From Trichosphaerium sp. ATCC 40318 (taxonomy: Eukaryota; Protista; Tubulinea): a stretch of DNA of 64,000 nucleotides. Where the stretch lies: contig JALMLS010000093.1 in NCBI GenBank assembly GCA_038496445.1, forward strand, positions 310,001 to 374,000, written 5' to 3'. Below the pieces are notes generated by a model. It saw only the letters and a program-made list of their open reading frames with translations. It made no database searches and was not told where the DNA came from. The translations under genes and the position numbers were made by a program. Shown piece after piece: positions 40,577 to 52,998 of the stretch. Numbering within the stretch: the first letter of the stretch is position 1; every line of letters begins with the position of its first letter.

Positions 40577-40939
40577 AAATGCGGCAAAGAAACAAAGAAA
40601 GTGCCCTTTAAAAAAACACTAGTAATTGCAACAGTTATTGATAGAAATGGATGCCCAGGACGAACACCAGCAAACACTTTCCAGCCTTTGATATGCGCCA
40701 CTTTCCGCAAGACATACCTGTCAATTGTGGAAAAAAACGCAGAGATAATAATAAGATTTATAAAAGCAACACTTTGTTTCGGTTATTTACAGCTCGCAAA
40801 CGATTAATTATTATGGGACACTTTACTTTTTCTTAAACCTTTTGGTAGCACGTGGACTATTACCCAAGTTACTTGCAGTGCGCTAGAAAAAAACAGAATA
40901 AGCACAATAAGGGATGCAAAAAAAAACCAGAAAATCAAT

Positions 40940-42843
40940 CACGATAAAAAAATTAAAAGTTGTGTATTCTGTCGTCCACGTGAGAGCTACATCTAAACAT
41001 ACCTTTTTAAAACCTTTATTGTTCTTCTTAGGAGAAGGTTTTGCAGCAAAGAAAGAAGTTATACGCCCTTGAGTGCTACTTTTTCTTGTTTTCTTAAGTC
41101 TTGCAATACCTAAACAAAAAAAATCAATAATAGCTTCAACGAAGTGTCAAACGCCTCTTGAGATACAATTGCAAATTATACAATAATATATCGTTTGAGA
41201 TGGTTTACTAGCACATACCAGACTTAATTCTATCTTCCGAGAAGCCATTCTTTTCGCACATGAACTTCAAAATAGCTTCTTCGTCACATTCATCCCAAGA
41301 TACTTTACATTCCTCATCGACTTCAGGTTTCTACATTAAACCCCATTAGAACAAAACCCCTTTGATGTATTTTGTAGATAAACAAGACCTCTATACGTAC
41401 ACGAAAGTATTCTCTGATTTGTTCAAAAGGGTAGTATTCCGGAACCTTGTACTTTTGTTTATCAATCTTTTTTAGAATAGTGTCAATGTCGCCCCATTTT
41501 CTGATCAAGCTTAAAGCCGTCTTTGGTCCAATACCACGAATCTTTTCGCAATAATCACAACCAAGTAATATACATAAATCAATAAACTAAAACCAACAGG
41601 TAAGCCTTAAATAAAGGAAAACAACTGAGCATAAAAAAAAAAAGAAATAAAAAAGAGTAAAACATCAAAGGCGACTGCAAGGAACGGTAGGCCCTATACA
41701 CGCGAAATATTTTCTACCAATGACCAAGACACTGTTGATAAAGAATTCTTGATATAATTTCTAACAGAAAGTTCGTACCGAGTCCATTGTGATGCCAAAA
41801 CCCTCAAGAACTTTGTCCATATGAATTTCCATAACAGGCATTTTGCGAGCAGGACTGAAAGTTAAATGACGCAACAATAATGGTGTTCCAAGAGTAAGTG
41901 TATCCATATCTTCAGATCCAGCACCCCATACCTAATTTTAAACATCAAAAAAACGCGTTATTTCAAAGAAAAAAAAAAAGTTAAAACCTGTAATTTTTCA
42001 GCCTTAATGATGACATTATCGTACCTTTCCTTGTTGTACCATAACTGCACATTGTGCTTCAGCCTCACAAGGAGCCTAAGCGCCGTTAATAATACGCAAG
42101 GTTGCAAAAAACGGTTTTTTTAAAAATGTTCTTAACCGCTGTCTTTTATGTCGTACCTCGATAACTGGAATACCCATAAGGCGTAAAAGCGTCTTTGCTT
42201 GCTCATTGTGTTTTTTTGTTACTTTAACAGTTCTTTTGGCGGCTTTTTGAATTGCTTCTTTATCACCGAGGTCTTTTGCGTCAGCAAGCTCGTTTTGCGC
42301 TTTATTTCTTTTTTTCGTTCTTTTAGCGAGCTAGTATTCGCAAGTAAGTAAACTTGATTGCAGTACAATTAAACATTAAATGCTATCCCTTGACGCTATC
42401 ACATACCTCACCAGTCTTCAAAGAGAATGGTTTACCATCAAAAACGTAAGCAGGCTTAATTCCTGTTACAAGTTAGGTTTTTTTACGTCTTGAGCGTTAT
42501 AACGAACCATTTTCCATCATTCTAATAGATCTGTAGAACATACCAGACAAATGACTGTTTGTAACATTTAGAAGAAAAGTAACGTTAAAGCTTTCGTAAG
42601 TGCCTTGTAGGTTCTCCGTCAGCGTTTGTGAGGTTATATTGACCGCTATCATCGCTTCTTATTTGTATTAAAAATTGGTAGAGAACCATAGACGCGTCAA
42701 TAGCTACTTTACGGCCTACGACAATACGTTTTAATAAACAAATCGATTAGAAGAATCTAACCGAAATAATTTTTTATGTCATGCTCTTTTATAGCATCAG
42801 GCGCATGTTCGCGTATCAAATTAGTTAATCCAAGAATTCCCAT
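40940..42843 (-). CDS. FEN1: Flap endonuclease 1 (3' end approximate)
   Basis: [72 protein letters not shown] box QGRITSFF. Confidence 0.96.
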
Positions 42844-42858
42844 GAGCAGTTGTTTGTA

Positions 42859-42866
42859 TTCCCGCC
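42859..42866. promoter_or_regulatory. E2F-like site just upstream of the FEN1 ATG
   Basis: TTCCCGCC ~16 bp before the start of a replication gene. Confidence 0.4.
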
Positions 42867-43024
42867 AGTAAAGTCTTATTTAACAAAATCAAACTTGTTT
42901 CAGGATTTCAGTTGACCGAAAGAAAAACGTGCGTTCTCGCTTCAAAAAAAATACTATGGCGTAAGCTATGTCGATTGGCAACGCTTACGCATGTCGTTTA
43001 CTGTAAGTTGGTTACAAAATCTCA

Positions 43025-43662
43025 ATGGCAACGAAACTCAAGGTACCTGTTTCAAAACGTTTGCTAGTGCTAAGAAACACGATAAATAGATTCCCACCGA
43101 GAAATTGAAACGTTGCGGTCTGTTTCATCTTCCTATGGAGCTACAGCTTGATATCTTCGATTTAGACTTTCAGGTGTACATTAAGTTACCACTGTTATCA
43201 AAATACGCTGCAACAATGTCAAGGTTTGATGCTGATTTAAAAAAACACGGAAAATGGCAGCAAATCAGAACGGAGTACAGTCCAAGTTATGAAAATAATA
43301 TAAAGAATGGTATAATGTTGAAACAGCAATGTTTCTATATACATGGTAAGCTAGAAGGAGAGTACAGGGTATGGCATGAGAATGGTAACTTGTACAAGGA
43401 GTATTACTTTGTAAATGGTAAACGTGAAGGTGAATATAAACAATGGCTTTATGGAGGTCAGTTGTATAAACAATGCAATTATATTAATGGAAAAAGGGAA
43501 GGAGAATGTAAATGGTTTTATTGCAATGGTAAATTGTTTGAACAATGTACTTTTATCAATGGCAAACGTGAGGGATTCTATAAGGTGTGGCATGATAATG
43601 GGCAACTGTGGGAAAAAGTAAGATATGTTAATGGTAAAAAGCAACAGACATACCTAGTTTGA
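43025..43662 (+). CDS. F-box-like + MORN-variant repeat protein (paralogue of 21079-21903)
   Basis: 6-codon first exon (MATKLK), LFHLPMELQLDIFDLD, RFDADLKKHGKW, MORN-variant repeats. Confidence 0.82.
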
Positions 43663-44273
43663 CTGTATCACTGAAAAACGCCACAAGGTTATGCATACCT
43701 TGAATACACAGGTTAAATATTCACAATTAGTCTTTCTTGAAATGATCGCAAATACTTTCTGACAGAATACTGTGATTATGAAGCGCTGCATGAGACGATG
43801 GATATGGATATCCTAAAGCTACCTAAAGGAGACTGTGATGATAAATGGGAATGTTGGTTTGTTAAACACTACTACTTGGCTTGGAGTCAGCATGTTAGTA
43901 AAACAATAAACCAAACTTACAAAACAAAATTCTTGTAGTACTTCCTACAAAGCCCACTAGAGCACTTGACGATTAATGATGAAAGATTAAAATAAACATA
44001 TTGCGACTTCCTTAATAAATAGTGATCGAGGATTTTTGGAACACTTTGTTCGAAATCTGGTTCGAAAATTTTTTTTTTCGAACAAATTAGTACCAAGTGT
44101 GCCATAAACGCTAGTCCTACAAACTCAAGTAGGGGAGTATCTTAAGGGACCACAGTCAAAGCTTAGTCCAGTTCAAAAAATCACCAGCTTTATTCAATGT
44201 TTTTATCACGTGATACAAAAAAAAAAAAGGGTTCAGACGTGTACAGTCCGTAAATTTGAGTGTGTTGCAATTA

Positions 44274-45628
44274 TTAGTGTTTTTTTAAAGGGCACTTTCT
44301 TTGTTTCTTTGCCGCATTTTTAAGCCTATTTCGAAATAAGTCAAAAACCAAAAAGTAAGTAAAAAGAAAAACAACGTACTCGTTTTGTGGTCCTCTTTTT
44401 CGATTCTTTCGCTCCTTTACTTTTTCTTCATGCTTTGTGCTTATATCTGTTTCGGAAGTACATATCACAATATGATCACTTTTATCCACTGTACAACCTT
44501 TGGCAGGTCGACAACTCGTAACGTATATCTTAATCAAGCATACTATTTCATTAGTGTCCTTGTTCCGGAATGTAGCAAAGTACTCTCCAGGAAAAGCGAA
44601 AGCAAGCAAAATATTATACCCAATGCTATCATCATCTTCACCACAAGTGAACCACTGATTTATCTTAAGACCATTGCCAGCATAATCATTATTAATACCT
44701 TCATCGGCACAATAAAAAGAGCAAGCATCAAATTTATCTTTTTTGCTTTTTGGATTGCCGTAAACGTCACATTTGTAATTTATGCCCTTACGTATAGAAA
44801 AGGTGATTTCTTTCCTGTTTCCCTTATTTTTGTCTACAGCCTTTTTATTCCATTCCATTGTTGCCTAAAGTTACATTTAGTTTACAACAACTTTCAGTAC
44901 TTTTTTCTTAAGAGGTCGTTCGTACCTTCTTCCTCACTTGCGTTACCATTTTTGCGTACATGTACTTGCATTCTTCAAAGCTAGTTTCAGTCGCCATGTC
45001 ATGTGGTGGAGCTAATAATTTTTAACGAGACCTCCTCCAGTTTTTCTTGTATTTCAGTGAACTTACTGTTTGTTGTGAATTCCATAGAATCGTCCCTTGT
45101 AGCCAATGGGGTGGTGAGGTGATTCGTTTGATGTTGTTCTTGTATTTGCGTTTCTGTATGCACAGGACAAGGCCATAACGCTTGTAGAATTGGGTATACG
45201 TTGCTGCTGTGGAAAACTTTCGCAATTTCTTCAGGCGTCTTGCCATTATTTGTTTTACTAGACCTGGCGCCTAAAGTACTTTAAGATCGCGGTTCAAGCG
45301 AAAGAAGACGAAAAAAAATTATCACGTGCCTTTTTCCACAAGAAACTTGATTACTGATAAGTCTCCATTCGCCGCGGCTAAATGTAGTGGCGTCTCACCG
45401 TTATTGTTAGCGTGGTTAACATCTATTCTGTCAATATTATCTTTAAGCAATTTTAAATCACCTCTCGAAGCAGCCCAATGAAGCAACGTATCTCCATCTA
45501 GTAGATTTTATTGAATGAACAAATTACGGTAAAAGCAATAAACGGTACGACGTACCACCAAAAAATGGAGGAGGTGCGTGAGCAGCTGCCTTCTTGACGA
45601 TTTCGGCTATAGCAAAAACGGTTGCCAT
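44274..45628 (-). CDS. Gene B (right copy): ankyrin repeats + uncharacterised C-terminal domain
   Basis: MATVFAIAEIV..., DGDTLLHWAASRG, NGETPLHLAAANG; same exon structure as the left copy. Confidence 0.75.
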
Positions 45629-45826
45629 TGTGGAAGCTTCTAATTTATGTTAGTGTTTAACATTACGTTTGTTAGTGATACCAAGTGTTGTGGTTGCGTT
45701 ATTATAATAGTTCCTTTTGAAATAAAGTCACATTTTAATGGATAAGCCGCAGTGAAACGGTTCGAGTCGTGAGACTTATTTAGAACCATTTATCTGTCTC
45801 TCTACAAGATACAAAGCATAAAGAAA

Positions 45827-48800
45827 ATGTCTGAGCCCATTGCGGAATTACTCTCTTCAGACAACATACAAACGCCCATAAATTTCTACGGCAGCGACCT
45901 GTGCTCTCAAAAAAACTTTTTGGACCCACCTCAAATCAGACTGGTAACGTGAGATTGTTTTTTTATAGTATTGACGCTAGTTTAGACCAACAAGAGCTTA
46001 AACGAGGCGGATTACTATGTAATATGCGTCATAAAACCCCAAGAAAGCCATCCAACGCGACAGCTGTCGTTAGAAGATTATATTGACGCGGGTACGGTGA
46101 ACTTTTTAGTTTTTCAAGTTTTTCTCTTAATCACGTGCTCTAAACATTAGAATTTGTCACTGCGCCTTCACCGTGCGAGAGACGTTTTGATCGTGGAATC
46201 GCTACCTATAATACGTTACGGATAGGTAAGCGTTGCTATCTTTTTAAACCAATGTAATAAACTAATAGTATTTTAGGCCTAAAAACTTATAATGGTCCTC
46301 AGTCTGACATGAAGTGTCTTCTTGAGTTTTATGTGTGTCATAAAATGGTACGCTTGTTTGTTTTGTATCTTCCATTTAAGAGTTATAGCACGGTAACACG
46401 AAACCGCTGGTGATATTACAAGTGAGAATAACAGCGAGTGATTGGATAGGTAAAGTGTTGACAAGTTATTACATAACCCTGACTGTTAATACAGGATATG
46501 GTGTACTGGCACCTCGCATAGACAGAATTTCGCACCCAAGAATAAAATGTGGAGAGTCTGTAATAAGTACGTTTTTTATTTGGTACTCAGTGTACAGTCA
46601 GTAACGTAAATCATTTATCATTTCGTTATTTCACTTGTACACTTTTGATTTCTATCACGTGATACGAAGTTATAATTTTCTAAATATTCTACTAGCTCAA
46701 ATGATTGCAGGAGTAAGACTTATCCCTCCTTGCCGTGTATATTTTGTCGCAGAAAACGGACAATATCAATACAAACTGTACCAAAATACTAACGCTTCGA
46801 ACATTACTGATATACAAATGCCAGTCTATACCGTTCCCATGAAATTAGGAATGTTCGTAGAAGCTGGTGCGTTTTATTTGTTCCTCTAGATCATTCTGTT
46901 AATTGTTGTCGCAATAGTACAAGGCTATTCCGATACTGTAGAAGTAACGTACGAAATCGATAGGATAACCAATCCGGTAAATATGGGTACAGACACATTC
47001 TTTTTTGTGTCCCATTCTAACAGCGGTTTATAAAGATATCGATATCGCATATCAACCAATGGATCCCAACCAGCCTGAATACCCAATGACACAGTTTCAA
47101 TGTACACGTGGTTTTTTTTTTCTGCTTGTGAATCGTACTAACCAATGATTGATTAGATGCTTCTCCGTTTTACACTCAACACGGCGGAGTTAATTACAAT
47201 TATCAACCAGGAGGTTATCCGTTTGGGTATACTCTGGCTACACTAGGACATGATGGAAAAACTATACGTACGTCTCAATAAACGAAAAAGAAAAAAACTC
47301 AACTGTCAGCAAGATGGAGAAACTGCACTTCATTTGGTAGCAGCACGTGGTACTATCGAAAACGCAAAGATTCTTCTTGAAAAAGGCGCATCACTAGAAG
47401 CTACAAACAATAGAGGAGATACTCCGCTATTCTATGCTATTGCAGCAAGAAACGAAGGTGTTCTTATTTTCTTGCTCGGTAAAGGTACTGCTTCAATGTC
47501 TTTGATTTCTGTTGCTGATATTTTTTAGGGGCATCGACTACAGTAAAGAGTGAGTCATCTATAACACCAACCAAACTTGCAAACATGTTCGGATACAATC
47601 TAGACGATTATAAGTTACAACAGATAACACCAACGCCAAAGCGAAAAACCAAAAAAAGAACAACAGATGCACCTAAACCTCCTGTTGTTGTGGAAATCAG
47701 AGAACCTGTAGTCAAACCTGAAGTCAAACCTGTAGACAAACCTGACAAAAAGACAGTCATGAAAGATGTTGATGACACTCTAAAGAAGATTAACAAGTTG
47801 GTTGAGAACCTTAATAGTAGTATTAACAACGTAAAGCATAATAAGAAGCTATGTTCTCATATTGTAACCCGATTCAACAGCCTCAATGATATTTTACAAG
47901 GTGAGTAAAATTGCCTCAACCTCAGCCATAACTAACTTATTTAAACAGATGATGAAAAACAACGGATGATAAAAATATCAGAATCACCACTACCCTCTTT
48001 GAAGGAACTAAAGCAAATCAGCGAAGAGGCTCTTGCTTTTATCAGCAAGTTCACTAAAAACAACATGTTTGGAAAACTACTTTCTCTTCAATCAGCTAAC
48101 GATGACTTTTTTGTACTGAAGCAAATGCATTGTCTACTTTGTTACTAACAGCAGTTAGGATATGGACGACAGATTGACAGACACAGTTCAGACACTTTTG
48201 GTTGGTTCGCTCAGCTTGCCAAGCGACGGTGACGTAATGAGAGCGACATCACGTCATGAAGTGCAGGATATGTTTAGTAAGCTCCAAAAAGTGTATTCAA
48301 TCGTTTTGTTACTTACACATCGAACTAGTGCATAAAGAGGAGGGATTGATGTCAATGATCAAAGAAGACAAAGACCTTCAGTACACAAACTCGAACTTTT
48401 TTTCTTTTCACAGCCACAACCAGATATAATTACGCGAGTCGCTCTAATATTTCTCTAGACTTATCACGTGGCTTGATCCTCACCCAGAAAATAATGGTAT
48501 GTCTTTAAACCTTAAAGTCAAATTTTTTTTGCTTGTCACGTGTTTTCTTTTTTCATTTCTTTGCACAGATGCTTCCATAAAAAAGATTGTAAAGGATACA
48601 AAGAAAGTAGTTATCGTACAACGTACATGCTACACAGAAGTACGGATGAAAACAAAACGGTTTTTTAAATATTGGTTGTCTCCTCTAAACTCTTTCGATT
48701 TAGGTGTTCCAGGATCTCATGGCTTTCCGTTCTACGGCTAGAGATGTATCAGCTATGTGGCGTTGGGTATGAGGTCTTTCTAAGCTCATATACTGACACG

Positions 48801-50652
48801 ATATTTAGAGGCTAATTTGTAACAAAAACCATCCATTGGACAAAGATTCGGCAGACCAAGATGATGCTTACAAGTATCTCATACAACAGCTCTTAACAGA
48901 AGACATCAAAGTAAGCAAACGTTCCTTAATTAAGAGCCACGGTAAAGAAAAGTTTGTTAACAGCTGTAGGTGCCGGTTATGGTGTACACCTCAAACAAGC
49001 ATTTAAAAAGCGTAAAAAAAACTTTGATAAATGATGAAACCATATCTGCTCATCCAAATGCTGCTGCATCATCACGTGAGAAGTATATGACCAAGTGAGT
49101 GTGGATAACAAATGAGAATGCTATTTTTTACGATCGTTAATTTTTTTTAGGTATTGTCACTGTGCGACACTTTTATGGATTGGTGACTCGTATGGAAATG
49201 AGGTTAATGTACGTTAAGTCTTTGTAAAAAAAAAAACTGTCACGTGATTTTTTTTGATTGATCTGTTTTAATAGGAAGCTATTCGAAAGATTCAAAATAG
49301 TGGTATTGTTGTAGCACGTTGGATTGACTTTGAAGACGATGATGATCCAGAAAAGTTTGATAGTATGATTACTTTCTTTTTTCGGGTTTCTTTCAAAGGC
49401 TGTTATTAACTTTCTTGTAAAATAGCTTCAATAGAATGGGCTGCCGACGTAATTGAGAAAAACAAAAACATTGGAAACCAAGCAGGGTATTTTGTTAACA
49501 CATTCAAATATTGAAGCCTGCACTACTGTTCCAAACTTTTCTCTAATTCCCTAATATTTTTTTGGTGATTTTTTACACCAATTTTCGTATCACAAAAATC
49601 ATACATTCACGAAAAGTAGTGCAACCCTTTTCTATACATCATTGTGTGGCTAACACCAATTTTTTTTAAGGAGTATACGCATTCTAGCTCATTTCTGTAC
49701 AGTAAATTTTTATACTATCATAATACTAACTATACTTTGTTCCAGTGGCTGATGAAGATACAGAAGAAATTGAAGACAAAATGGATCTCATCAAGAAAGT
49801 TAAGAACGAATTAGGATGGAAGAATGAACTTAGATTCTTCTGTGACGATCCAGCCGTTTTGGAGCCACAGGCAAAGAAAGCTGAGCTTACTGATGTGCTT
49901 GTATGTCTTGACAAAGATAAAAACATCTGCAGTGATTGTTTTTTTTTCTAAGTATTCTACTTAGACAATAGACAAGCTTGATGACCTTGTTACATACGCC
50001 ACAAGTGAAATAGAACAAGAACCTGAACCAATTCAAGGGATTTTAAAGATAACCGAGATAAGAGGAAAAAACTTGGTAGCAGTAGAGAGTACGTCAACAA
50101 TTACATTTTCGTTGAGATTGTTCAATGGCCGAGTATTTGTTTTAATCATTATTTAGAGAATAATAAGACTTGTCCTCAAGTTTATTTTGAACGTTCAAAT
50201 GGCGAAAAGATTAAAGGAGCTATCACTTCACACGTGAAAAAAATAAAGGCGCCTAAATGGAAGAAAGAAATTGAAATGTACGATAGATACACTCGACACT
50301 GATTTTCTAAAACACTTTATTACTTGTGCTAATTTGTTGTTTTCTTTCTAAAGAGAATGTAATTCTGAAGAAACCATCAATATGGTTTGCTCGCATTGGA
50401 GTAGATTTGGAGAGGATACATTCATGGGACAATCTGAGATAAACATCTCAAGTGATGTTATCGAGAAACAATCTGCAGGATCATTTTCCCGTACTTTCGA
50501 ACTCTCTGATCCTCAAAAACGTGCCAAAAAGAGATACCCAGTTACGTCAAAATATTTTCTTCTCAATTTGTGTGTCACTAACTAAAGCTTTACTTTCATA
50601 GATTACAAGTGGTGAACTCACTTTGAAGATGCAATGGATTGCAACCAGTTAA
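45827..50652 (+). CDS. Gene A (right copy): variable N-domain + ankyrin + MLKL-like four-helix bundle + receiver-like region + C2
   Basis: Same exon chain as the left copy; ends ITSGELTLKMQWIATS*. Confidence 0.75.
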
Positions 50653-51199
50653 AAACAACATGGCTGTACACGTGTTTTACTCCGTTACAGACGTTTGGGT
50701 AAACTTCAGTTGACTTCGTATAAATCAACAACAACAACAAACTACAAAGCTTAAACAACATGGCGAGCAGCAATCACCACATCCCAAAAATTTCCTTTTC
50801 AATCTGTTTTTTTATAAAACTGTAAAAACCTTTTATTTTCCAAGTGTTCTTGTATAATATAACAAATGCTTGGCGCTTACGCTAGAGCCACAAGACATTT
50901 TGTCTTCCTCCCAACATCGTCTTAGTTAGTGTTCCTTGGTTAGTTGATAGAAGAAAGTCAACTGAGAGTGTTAGAACTCTAACATCAACCACATCAAGTT
51001 GTGCGACAGAATCATGTTGCTGATATCATTTCATAACAAACATAAAAATAAAACTAATTGTTTATCACGTGACTCATTTATTGTGGTTTGCGTGGGCTTA
51101 TAAATTACAAATGTATGTTTGTCACTAGCAAATTCATGAAACGAATTAAAACATGGAAAGTGACGATATTATGGTCTCTGCGTCATGATAGAACTGCAT

Positions 51200-51330
51200 T
51201 TTGGTATCAAAACAGTAATCTATGGATTCAGGATCCGTACATTAACGGTAAGTTAGAAGGAGTGCAGCGTATGTTTAAAAAGTGGTCATTTGCAAAACGA
51301 CAGATTTTAACAAAGTCAAATCAATCTTGA
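51200..51330 (+). pseudogene. MORN-variant relic at the outer end of the right arm
   Basis: WYQNSNLWIQDPYINGKLEGVQRMFKKW, mirrored at ~33840-33925. Confidence 0.6.
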
Positions 51331-51670
51331 AATACAAAACTCAATCTTAATATTATGGAAAATCAATCTACTCTAATCATTTGTACCATCTGTACTACAA
51401 AACTACAACTTAGTAACTAGATATACTTCATACGACAAACAAACCGTAACAATCAATCAAAAAAATCAATTGTAAAAAAATGTGATTGAAAGACTATTGT
51501 GCTTTTCACTCAAATTATGAGCCGTTTCAATAAAGTTGGGAGTAGACTTTTGGTGGCTGTTTTGACCAATAAAAACACATACGTTTTCTAGAAAGTTGCC
51601 TTAACGCACAATAACTCAACGAATAAGTCACCATATTTTTCAATTAAAACACAACAACAAGCACTACAAC

Positions 51671-52290
51671 ATGTCCTCTGGAAGACAAAGAAGCCTTCAA
51701 AACAATACACCAAAGAGCCAACAAATGCGAACCGATATGGCAGAGAAATTAGTTCAAAAGCGCCTAAAAGAACTGCATGAATGGTAAGGGAGTGATTTAC
51801 ATTTAATTTGGAACAAACTATCGTTCAACTCCTTAAAACGAGTTTAGCTTCAAAACCTCATCACAATACCTCTAGCTTTTGCAACAAGCGCTAACAACTC
51901 TTTTTTAGGTTTCCAACAGACGAGCAAGTAAGCCGTCATGTCAAACAGTTACAATTCTTTGCAGCTTATAACGACGTCGAGGAATATGACGGAAAAGACG
52001 TGCTCAAAATACGAAACTGCTCTGAAGCAATAATGTACGAGCTCAGTGTTGCCCTTCTCTCAGCTGGACCCTTTCCTACACGTGATATGTTCCCTCGCCA
52101 AGCTTGGGGCGAGTATAAGACCTACTTGATGTGCATTGGCTACGACAACAGACTCGTCGGTTTTGGCAGAAAAGCGAAAAGAGGTGCTGCTATTCCTCCA
52201 ACAATTTATGAAGTGGTACAGAAGAATGGTCCAATGTGCATACCAGGAACAAACACAACTTTTTTTGAAGAATCCAAGATGATACCTTGA
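51671..52290 (+). CDS. Hypothetical protein, two exons
   Basis: MSSGRQRS...ELHEW spliced (GT-AG) to FPTDEQV...ESKMIP*; no recognisable domain. Confidence 0.55.
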
Positions 52291-52998
52291 CTGTATAATA
52301 ATGAACATAAAAATAAATTAAATCAATCAAAAAAAAAAGAAGTTTTGCACAGTGTGTAGGTGCCATAATAATATGGGTGGTAATCGTCAAGCTTTTGGTG
52401 GGTTCAATAATAACAATAGAGGTAATAGCCGTAGGTTTCAGGGCGGCCAAAATTAGGTATTAAGGCAAGGAGGATTTATTTACTCATTATTTTTGCTAAG
52501 GCAAGTCTGTGAGATAAGCAGAACTTGAAAGTTTTACTATTAGAAGGTACAACTAGTGTGTAATCCAGGGACACACTCAAGAGGATATCAGTCATCAATC
52601 AGTGTGTTACGGCACCTCGAGTGCCAAGTGATTGAAACCATGTATAAAACAAAGAGATATTACTCACTGATCAAAGTATAGGCACCTCAAGTTAACCAAC
52701 TGACCAGTCACTATAAAAAAACATGTTGCACGGTTTGTTTATCCTAGCTTTTGATTGATATTATCATTAAAAAAATGTAGACGAATTTACCCCTGACAAC
52801 TTGGTCATTAAACACGTGGAGATACATAAATGAGCTAAAATTAGCCTTATGCAAGCACAACACTTTTCACACATGCAAAAAACACACTGGACTCGGACCG
52901 ATTTCAAAAAAAGTCAAAGTACTTTTTGTAAGTTGTATTGCTTTTTCAAGCAAAGTCAGTTGTATTATGTTCCAAACAGTCTATAACCCCATTTAATA

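Larger units (their letters stand above)
33840..40633. repeat. Left arm of ~7 kb inverted duplication
   Basis: Reverse complement matches 44263-51290 along its length (e.g. ORFs 34899/49745, 37004/47585, 40315/44274). Confidence 0.95.
44263..51290. repeat. Right arm of ~7 kb inverted duplication (with ~330 bp extra segment at ~50660-50985)
   Basis: Reverse complement of 33840-40633. Confidence 0.95.

Noticed and set aside
44385-44984. 199-aa hydrophobic plus-strand ORF (and mirror 40129-40488)
   Set aside because: Antisense shadow of gene B's Lys/Asp/Asn-rich exon.
33840-51290. Inverted arms as terminal repeats of a transposon, Polinton or endogenous virus
   Set aside because: No transposase, integrase, polymerase or capsid ORF; the arms hold intron-rich genes and the spacer holds host FEN1.
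52480-52900. Possible ncRNA in intergenic DNA (also 21950-22450 and 31640-31900)
   Set aside because: No tRNA, snRNA or snoRNA hallmarks identifiable by eye; would need an Infernal/Rfam scan.
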